Of a DNA stretch of 61,607 nucleotides, positions 1-6,258 are shown one piece after another. Origin of the DNA: a virus (lineage: Duplodnaviria; Caudoviricetes); the IMG/VR virus record IMGVR_UViG_3300008448_000080, positions 1-61,607 of that record. One strand, written 5' to 3'. Position 1 is the stretch's first letter, and each line of letters begins with the position of its first letter. The translations under genes were made by a program, and so were the position numbers. A model generated the notes under the pieces. That model was given only the letters and a program-made list of their open reading frames with translations. It had not been told where the DNA came from and did not search any database.

Positions 1-195
1 GGGGAAGGCGTGCCAACCGAAGCCCAGGGCGTCCGCCGGGGGCTTCGGAAGTTCGGGCAGGGGTTTCCCGCTCCGCGTCAGCTCCCGGTCATCGAACTGC
101 GCCAACACGCAATCCCGAAGGGCGTGGCAGGGTTGGAGCAGCGCGGACTTTCCCTGAAGATGGGCGATGGGCCCAACGTAGGTTCCGTGGCTCAC
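1..195 (-). CDS. Hypothetical protein, runs off the window start (MSHGTYVGPIAHLQGKSALL...GFGWHAFP)
   Basis: GTG at 195 overlaps the TGA of the upstream gene (GTGA coupling); frame open to base 1; not in the ORF track. Confidence 0.6.
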   Translation of the reverse strand, partial: MSHGTYVGPIAHLQGKSALLQPCHALRDCVLAQFDDRELTRSGKPLPELPKPPADALGFGWHAFP

Positions 196-521
196 AGCAG
201 AATCTCCCACGTCATCTTCGCCAGGGCCTTGTGGTCCGCCAGGAAGTGCTTGCGGTCCGTGCCGGTTCCGTTCGGGAGGTAGCACAGGCCCTCCGGTGTC
301 TTCATTTCCCCGTGCGGGAGGTAGTGGACGCGGTTCCACTTCAGTTCGTCCGCGTTCCAGACCTCCGAGAAGGCGCGGCACTGGAACTTGTACGCATCGG
401 ACTCGATGGTGAAGCGGACCTTGAAGCGCATACAGCGTTCGGTGCGGTGGAAGGTGACGCCCTGGCGGGAGGTCGTGACCTTCTCCTCCAGGATTTCAAA
501 CTTGAGTTTGGGGTTGGACAT
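192..521 (-). CDS. Hypothetical protein
   Basis: 109-aa ORF with GAGG-type SD, coupled to neighbours. Confidence 0.75.
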   Translation of the reverse strand: MSNPKLKFEILEEKVTTSRQGVTFHRTERCMRFKVRFTIESDAYKFQCRAFSEVWNADELKWNRVHYLPHGEMKTPEGLCYLPNGTGTDRKHFLADHKALAKMTWEILL

Positions 522-900
522 GGCGCAGGCCTCCTCGTTGGTTGATACGGTCGATGTTGAGTTGTTCAGCGGAGCCGTCCGGGGTCCAGTACCCGAACCA
601 GTCCGCCGGTATGCCGCTGATCAGTTCGGTCGGGTTCCCGAAGTTCACGGCGCGGCCCCGGCTCCGGCATTCCTCGCACAGTCGCAGATAGCGTTCCAGG
701 AGGTAGCCCAGCCGGGGGTAGAAGAACCGCACGTGCCCAGCTCCGAGCAGGTACTGCTGCGGGTTCCGGGGGTCTGTCGGACGTTCGCCCCGGCGGATAG
801 CGTCCCGGACCAGACCGAACACGCGGGGCAGCTCCCGGTACTCCGCCCCCAGGTGCTGATCGGACAGGCGGGACGGCTCAATCACGTTGATGCGGGTCAT
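496..900 (-). CDS. denV: Pyrimidine-dimer DNA glycosylase (T4 endonuclease V family)
   Basis: N-terminus MTRIN...LSDQHLGAEYRELPRVF and LGAGHVRFFY match T4 DenV hallmarks; start moved to the ATG at 900. Confidence 0.92.
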   Translation of the reverse strand: MTRINVIEPSRLSDQHLGAEYRELPRVFGLVRDAIRRGERPTDPRNPQQYLLGAGHVRFFYPRLGYLLERYLRLCEECRSRGRAVNFGNPTELISGIPADWFGYWTPDGSAEQLNIDRINQRGGLRHVQPQTQV

Positions 901-1178
901 GCTGCGCACCGGGGCAGGAAGCAACGGGTGAGCTGGCCGGTGGAGCGGTCCATATGGTTGACGATGCCCACCAAGTCATGCGCGAAGTTGAAGTCATCGG
1001 CGTCCAGGAACTTCTGGAGCTGGAGGGGGCAACCGTTAAGGTGCGTGGCCGTCACGTCCATCGCCACGCTCAGGCGGTCGAAGGGCGCGGACTGACGGGT
1101 GTAGATTGCCTCAGCGCGGTCCACGATCTTGTCGATCAGCGCGGAGTCCTCCGGGGAGGCGTTGAAGTTGATGTGCAT
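897..1178 (-). CDS. Conserved small phage protein (DFNFAHD...GI..HMDRSTGQL..CFLPR type)
   Basis: 93-aa ORF after promoter and CAGAAATGGAG SD. Confidence 0.8.
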   Translation of the reverse strand: MHINFNASPEDSALIDKIVDRAEAIYTRQSAPFDRLSVAMDVTATHLNGCPLQLQKFLDADDFNFAHDLVGIVNHMDRSTGQLTRCFLPRCAA

Positions 1179-1212
1179 AATGCAGCTCCATTTCTGTGTT
1201 TACGGTCGAAGA

Positions 1213-1242
1213 AGTATAGTGCGAGGGACCCGAAGAAGTAAA
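1213..1242 (-). promoter_or_regulatory. Sigma70-like phage promoter TTTACT-N18-TATACT
   Basis: Motif recurs upstream of several minus-strand operons. Confidence 0.75.
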
Positions 1243-1263
1243 GCGGGGACAACGTCCCCGCTT
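1240..1263 (-). terminator. Hairpin AAGCGGGGAC-gtt-GTCCCCGCTT(T), probable intrinsic terminator overlapping the next -35 box
   Basis: Perfect 10-bp stem just downstream of gene 1276..1497. Confidence 0.6.
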
Positions 1264-1275
1264 CGGCGGCTCCCC

Positions 1276-1497
1276 TTATGTCTTTTCCCAGAACCAAAAA
1301 TCTTCTACAAACTTTTCAACGGTTTTGGAATCGACGGGACCTGATGACAACAAGTTTCCCGAAGTCGATATAAAGCGCAGGCGGTTCTTTGCTATTTTAA
1401 CAAATACAGGCAAGGTCTTACCGTCCCGTTGGATCAGGCCGTCTGGGGAAAGGCTTGCTGAATACTGCAAAAGGGCATCGTTGATCATAGAAGTCAT
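1276..1497 (-). CDS. Hypothetical protein (AT-rich, own promoter and terminator)
   Basis: 73-aa ORF with CAGAAATGGAG SD and TATACT box at 1542-1547. Confidence 0.7.
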   Translation of the reverse strand: MTSMINDALLQYSASLSPDGLIQRDGKTLPVFVKIAKNRLRFISTSGNLLSSGPVDSKTVEKFVEDFWFWEKT

Positions 1498-1775
1498 TTA
1501 ATTTCTCCATTTCTGTTCCGGTCAGTGCGACCGTGTAAAGAAGTATAGTGCCAAAAGTTGTCAGCGGGGAGCCCCCTGTACAACTTTTTTCCATTTTCTT
1601 TCCGCTGTCCGGCTCCGGAAGGTCGTCACCGTCCTGTACTTCCCACACCGCTCACAGCATTCGTGGGACTCCCGGCCCAATCGACTTCGGGCGCTTCGGT
1701 TCCGGGAGGCATAGATCACCAGCAAGCTGTATCCGAACTCCAGCCAGCGGTGTAGGCCCAACCAGCACAAGAGCT

Positions 1776-2288
1776 TCACGGCAACTTGAAGCGGTCCCGG
1801 CACGGAGCGCACACGCCCCTGATCAGCCGTCCGCTCCACTCCCCGCACAACTCGCAATCCCCGGGCTTCCCCGGCGGGAGTTCCGCAGCGGCCTTCCGAA
1901 TGTTGTCCACGGCGCGGTCCAGGCCCGCCCTCCGATAGTACCCCTCAAGAATGGGCACGTCAAAGTTCGCCCCCTGGCTCCAGACCCGCTCCAACTTCGG
2001 GAGGTTCTTCACCCAAGCAGCCAACTCCAGCAGCGCAGAGCGGAGGGGCACCGGGTTCTTCAGCTCCAGGCCTCCCCGCTCCCGCCACCAGTGTGCGGTC
2101 GCAGCATCGACTTCTCCGCCCAACAACACCGAGCTGTGGAGGTCAATATCACGGCTCATCCCGTCCGGGTCCGTCAGCCCGTTCACGCTGTTGAAGGCCA
2201 CGGCCCCCAGTTGGATCACGGCGGCGTTCGGTCCCGTCCCCATCGTCTCCAAGTCAATCATCAAGCTGTCATACACCACGGTGTTCAT
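1776..2288 (-). CDS. DEDD-type 3'-5' exonuclease (Rv2179c/DUF5051-like), C-terminally truncated and fused to a C4 zinc finger
   Basis: MIDLETMG and WSQGANFDVPIL motifs; AAGGAG SD before the ATG at 2288; ends CELC...CAPC; in-frame Cys-rich extension upstream to 2414. Confidence 0.7.
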   Translation of the reverse strand: MNTVVYDSLMIDLETMGTGPNAAVIQLGAVAFNSVNGLTDPDGMSRDIDLHSSVLLGGEVDAATAHWWRERGGLELKNPVPLRSALLELAAWVKNLPKLERVWSQGANFDVPILEGYYRRAGLDRAVDNIRKAAAELPPGKPGDCELCGEWSGRLIRGVCAPCRDRFKLP

Positions 2289-2410
2289 CTTCTGCTCCTT
2301 TTTGTACAAATGCCGGCAACAAGCCATATGGGGTTTGCCGTCCGCTCCCACGTGGAGTCGGAAGGCGTTGAGGGGCATTCCGGCGCGGCACCCGTCACAT
2401 TGGTTGATCA

Positions 2411-2641
2411 TCACAGCGGTTCTCCCCGGCGGAGTCGGTCCACCGCTTCCTTGCCCAAGGACTTCTCCAGCGCATCCCAGTCCCCGGCGGCGTTCCCCGG
2501 GGCGGTAGGGTCGATGCCAGCGGCCCGCTCCCGGGACTCCACCACCGCCTGCACGAAGGACTGGTGGAAGATGGCGAAGGCCAACCGCCGGAGCGGTCCC
2601 CGGGCGTCCTCCGGGAAGTCCCGCAGCGGGTCCTCAATCAT
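2411..2641 (-). CDS. Hypothetical protein (MIEDPLRDF...)
   Basis: ATG overlaps the upstream gene end; coupled to downstream ORF. Confidence 0.6.
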   Translation of the reverse strand: MIEDPLRDFPEDARGPLRRLAFAIFHQSFVQAVVESRERAAGIDPTAPGNAAGDWDALEKSLGKEAVDRLRRGEPL

Positions 2642-2936
2642 CGAACTTCCCGGCAGCGGTCTGGCGCTGAATCTCCGCGAAGTGTCGCAGGAAGCGGGCA
2701 CGGCGGAACTCCAGTTGCTTCTCCACGGTATGGCCGGACAAGTGCTCATCCGCCACGTGACGCCCATAGGGGCTGTCCAGGAAGTTGCGCACCTCCTCCG
2801 GCTTCGCGTCCGGGACGGCGGAGGCAATCGCGTGGAAGGCGCGGTGCCATTCCTTCTCCGCTCCTTCGCTCCCCTTCTTCAGCGCCACGGTCCCGAAGAA
2901 GCCGTGAAACACGTTGTTGGATGGGATGGCGGTCAC
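2634..2936 (-). CDS. Hypothetical protein (GFFGT...VRNFLDSPYGRHVAD type)
   Basis: GTG start overlapping upstream TGA; FLDS.YGRH.AD motif typical of small phage proteins. Confidence 0.7.
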   Translation of the reverse strand: MTAIPSNNVFHGFFGTVALKKGSEGAEKEWHRAFHAIASAVPDAKPEEVRNFLDSPYGRHVADEHLSGHTVEKQLEFRRARFLRHFAEIQRQTAAGKFDD

Positions 2937-3409
2937 AGTTGTGCTCCGTGGAGTGCGCCCACCTTCTCGTTGATCCACTGGACCTCCTTCTGGGTGAGCT
3001 GTTGTTGATGATCGACCAGCCACTGCATGCGGCGGACGGCTTCGACCTCCGTGGAGGTCAGGACGTTGAGGTGATGGGCAAGGCGCTTCAGCTTCGCGGG
3101 CAGGTCCTTCGCCAGGGCCTTGAGCAAGTGGCACTCCTCCTGGAAGGCGCGGAGGGCGTCCCGGGACGCGGCCCCGGGGTCCTGCGGTTCGTTGTACTTT
3201 TCGCCCAGGTACTCCGCGCACGCGGCTCCGGCGGCAGCAATCATCTTCAACAGGTGGTCGGTTCCCGAAGCCACCCCCGGGTCGATGTCGTTGCTGGCCT
3301 TCAGACCGGGTTGACGCAGGGACTTCATCTGCACCGTGATCACGTACTTGCGCCAGTCCTCCTCCGAGCGGCCCAGGCGCACCGTCACTCCGTTGATCGT
3401 GGTGCTCAT
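2933..3409 (-). CDS. Hypothetical protein
   Basis: 158-aa ORF, ATGA coupling. Confidence 0.75.
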   Translation of the reverse strand: MSTTINGVTVRLGRSEEDWRKYVITVQMKSLRQPGLKASNDIDPGVASGTDHLLKMIAAAGAACAEYLGEKYNEPQDPGAASRDALRAFQEECHLLKALAKDLPAKLKRLAHHLNVLTSTEVEAVRRMQWLVDHQQQLTQKEVQWINEKVGALHGAQL

Positions 3410-3744
3410 GCCGCGTCCCCTTCAACGTGCTGGAAGTCCCCGGTGGCGGACTTCGCCCAGACGCGGGAGCGGTTCACCGCCATCTTGTAGTTGATAGCGG
3501 TCTGGAGGTCCACGCCCAGCTTTTCGCAAACCTGGAACAGCATCACGCCCACGTCCGCGCACTCCTTCCGGATAGCGTCCAGGGCGGTCGGTTCGATGTC
3601 CGAGACTTCGAGACGGGCGTGAGCGGCCAGGCCACTGACCAGCTCCGCCACTTCCTTGTTCATACGTGCCGCAATCACCGCCGGGTGAGAAGGCCCGAAG
3701 GTCCCCTCAGCCCAGGCGGTGATACTTTGTTGTGTTTCCATCAT
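3406..3744 (-). CDS. MazG-like nucleotide pyrophosphohydrolase
   Basis: WAEGTFG, KEVAEL, ECADV and KMAVNRSRVW motifs of all-alpha NTP-PPases. Confidence 0.8.
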   Translation of the reverse strand: MMETQQSITAWAEGTFGPSHPAVIAARMNKEVAELVSGLAAHARLEVSDIEPTALDAIRKECADVGVMLFQVCEKLGVDLQTAINYKMAVNRSRVWAKSATGDFQHVEGDAA

Positions 3745-3998
3745 GGTGTCGTTCTCCGTTGTTGGCAGATCAGCTGATTGAAGTTGTCCACGCGGCACTC
3801 CAGCCGGTCGAATGTCGCGGGAAGGTTGTTGGAAGCCCGGACGCCCCGGACTTCCTTCACGCGGACCGGCGGGGCCAGTCGCGCAGAATAGGTGCCGACT
3901 GCCGCAGCGCGGAGCGTATCCTGGGCGGTATATCGTCCGGGCTCCGCAAATGCGGCGGAGCTGGCGAGAATCAGCAGGGCGATGGACAGGCGGTTCAT
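3741..3998 (-). CDS. Small secreted protein
   Basis: Sec signal MNRLSIALLILASSAAFA|EP; two C-terminal Cys. Confidence 0.65.
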   Translation of the reverse strand: MNRLSIALLILASSAAFAEPGRYTAQDTLRAAAVGTYSARLAPPVRVKEVRGVRASNNLPATFDRLECRVDNFNQLICQQRRTTP

Positions 3999-4002
3999 GA
4001 TC

Positions 4003-4350
4003 TCAGTGCTTCACGGAGATAGCGGCCTGAAGGAGGTCCGCCAGGTTGGGCGCTTCGCCCGTCTCCTCCGGTTCGTTGCGCTTCAGGAAGGCGCACTGGT
4101 GGTCCCGGAGGTAAGTGGCATCCAGCTCCCACTGGCCCAGCTCCGCACCCGGGAGCCCGGAGGCTTCGAGGAGCGTGCCCCAGGCGTTCTTCAGCAGCTC
4201 CGCGTACTCCCGGCCCATGCCTTCGAGACGGTCCTGAAACTCCTTCTGGAGGGCTTCGCGGCGGGCGTGCGCTTCGAGGTGGAGTTGGTGAACGGTGCGG
4301 GCGGCTTCGAGGGCGTCCCCGCGCAGGTTGATGGTTTGGTTCTTGATCAC
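4003..4350 (-). CDS. Hypothetical protein
   Basis: 115-aa helical ORF, coupled start. Confidence 0.75.
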   Translation of the reverse strand: MIKNQTINLRGDALEAARTVHQLHLEAHARREALQKEFQDRLEGMGREYAELLKNAWGTLLEASGLPGAELGQWELDATYLRDHQCAFLKRNEPEETGEAPNLADLLQAAISVKH

Positions 4351-5528
4351 AGGGGTTCTCCGGTCAGTTGTTCGCCCAAGGACACGATGGCGTCCATCAG
4401 GAAGTTTTGCATGCTGCGCTCACAATCGCGCAGGTGGTGACGGAGGTGAAGGAACTCCTCAATCAGGGTCCCTGCCAGCATCTTCGTCCCCATCATCAGC
4501 ACCCGCTTGCTGACATAGATCGTCTCCTCATGGGCACGGCCCAGGACTTCTTCGCCCAGGAACTCGCTGACCACAATCGGGTAGTCCGCCACGGGATAGC
4601 CGATGCGTGCGCAGAAGTCCTTGGCGCGGTCCAAGCGTGCCTGCTCCAGGCGGGGGAGTTCCACCGGCGCGGTTTCGTGGAGCTGGTCCCGCATCCAGAT
4701 GCGGCAGGACTCCATCGCACTGCGGCTCAGTGACGGGTCGAAGGCCCGGGCAAGCCGGGACACGGTGCCCAAGAAGGTCTTGCTGGGCAGTACCCCGTCG
4801 AAGCTGAGGGCGTGCTCATAGGACCCTTGCGGAGCCGTCACGGCGCGGTGGATCACGTTCGCGTCCTCCGCTTCCATCAGCGCACGCTTCACGGCGGTGT
4901 CGATGTCCCAGCTGTACTTGATCGTGCGGTCCTCCGTCAGGTCCACCTTCTTCTGGATGTTGTAGGTGAACATCGAAGGGGAGCTGAGGCGGTAGGCACG
5001 CACCCCGCGATAGTACACGAAGTTGGAGCGGCCAGGGTGGACCTTCACGCCTTCATGGACCAGGAACGGCTCCGTGTTCAGTACCGTCTCCGAGCGGTTG
5101 GACCACGCATCCATGAAGCGGTCCCCGCTCACCACAATCATAGTCTCCCCGGCGGCGGGCTCCGGCACTTCGGAAGTCTCGAAGGCTTCCCCCGCTTCGT
5201 CCAGGCAGTTGCAGTAGAGTTCGCGGAAGGCTTGCCACATCTCCCAAGTCTTGCCCAGCTCAGTCGTGAAGCCCAGGCGCTTCGCGTTCATCGTCACGAA
5301 CTCGAAGTTGTCCACGCGGACCTTCTCCCGCTTCACCCCGAAGTGCATGGGCTTCGTCCCGGCGTAGATGGAGATGGTGCAGCCTTCGCGGAGGAGGATG
5401 GCAATGGCGTACTTCAGGCCCGTGCCGAAGAAGCCGATGGCCCCGGCGTTCTCCTTCGAGGACACCCCGAAGGTGGTGATGCTTTTCGGGTCGATGACGC
5501 CCTTGTTGCGGAATACAATGTTGGTCAT
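4347..5528 (-). CDS. GHKL (HATPase)-like ATPase domain protein
   Basis: N.G.I...FGVSSK...IGFFGTGLKYA motif; start at ATG 5528 behind CAGAAATGGAG SD. Confidence 0.7.
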   Translation of the reverse strand: MTNIVFRNKGVIDPKSITTFGVSSKENAGAIGFFGTGLKYAIAILLREGCTISIYAGTKPMHFGVKREKVRVDNFEFVTMNAKRLGFTTELGKTWEMWQAFRELYCNCLDEAGEAFETSEVPEPAAGETMIVVSGDRFMDAWSNRSETVLNTEPFLVHEGVKVHPGRSNFVYYRGVRAYRLSSPSMFTYNIQKKVDLTEDRTIKYSWDIDTAVKRALMEAEDANVIHRAVTAPQGSYEHALSFDGVLPSKTFLGTVSRLARAFDPSLSRSAMESCRIWMRDQLHETAPVELPRLEQARLDRAKDFCARIGYPVADYPIVVSEFLGEEVLGRAHEETIYVSKRVLMMGTKMLAGTLIEEFLHLRHHLRDCERSMQNFLMDAIVSLGEQLTGEPL

Positions 5529-5565
5529 GTTGAGCTCCATTTCTGAGGTTGATGAAAATTGATGA

Positions 5566-5925
5566 TCACTGGACCCAAACGCGGTCGAAGCGTTCGGGGA
5601 GTTTGTTGCAGCTTCCGGTCTTGCCGTCCGCGTACACGACACGCACGCATTCACCGGAGGCGTTGCTGACTTCGACTTCGGGCATGTTCGCAAAGTCCCA
5701 CGCCACGTAGAAGATCGCAGCCAGGATGATCAGGCCCAGGAATCCCTTGAGCAAGAACTCAGCAAAGTTCATCAGCATCCCACGCATGGCCCCGAAGGCG
5801 GTTGACCTCGAACTCGAAGCGGAGCGGAAAAGCCTGCGTGAGCCATCGCGCAACGTCCCGTGGTTGGAGGTTGCCGGGGAGAGGATTGCCCGTAATGCGT
5901 TGATGCGCTTTTTGAAGTTCGTCAT
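5566..5925 (-). CDS. Small membrane protein (start uncertain; may be two genes)
   Basis: Hydrophobic segment FLGLIILAAIFYVAW followed by a two-Cys domain; AGGAG SD before 5925. Confidence 0.55.
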   Translation of the reverse strand: MTNFKKRINALRAILSPATSNHGTLRDGSRRLFRSASSSRSTAFGAMRGMLMNFAEFLLKGFLGLIILAAIFYVAWDFANMPEVEVSNASGECVRVVYADGKTGSCNKLPERFDRVWVQ

Positions 5926-5989
5926 GTGTCAGCTCCTGTCCAAGGTTGAAGATCGGTTTCTGGTCGGTCAAAATGACCTCCTGCGAAGA

Positions 5990-6019
5990 AGTATAGTGCC
6001 ATTCACCCGAAGAAGTAAA
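5990..6019 (-). promoter_or_regulatory. Sigma70-like phage promoter TTTACT-N18-TATACT
   Basis: Near-identical to the copies at 1213 and 22235. Confidence 0.75.
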
Positions 6020-6035
6020 CTGGCAACGAAAATAA

Positions 6036-6248
6036 TTACACGCCCAGGGCCATCCGGATTTCCCGGCGGACCTGAAGGCGGGCGTTGAGGGCGGCGCGAT
6101 GATCGGAGGAGGAGACGGAGCAGGTGACCATACAGGACTTGCCACGCACTACAAAGCGGACCTTGTAGTGGCGGCGTCCCTTCTCCACCGTGTGTACAAT
6201 CCCGGCTTCCTTCAGCTCCTTCACGGTGGCGTCCAAGGTCGTGCTCAC
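6036..6248 (-). CDS. Small basic protein (HicA-like fold possible)
   Basis: GTG start with GAGGAG SD; G.RHYKVRF...S.SD.RA..N pattern. Confidence 0.65.
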   Translation of the reverse strand: MSTTLDATVKELKEAGIVHTVEKGRRHYKVRFVVRGKSCMVTCSVSSSDHRAALNARLQVRREIRMALGV

Positions 6249-6258
6249 GCGGGGCTCC

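Noticed and set aside
1575-1775. tRNA or other ncRNA in this gap
   Set aside because: No cloverleaf or T-loop signature seen; short ORFs overlap it but none is convincing
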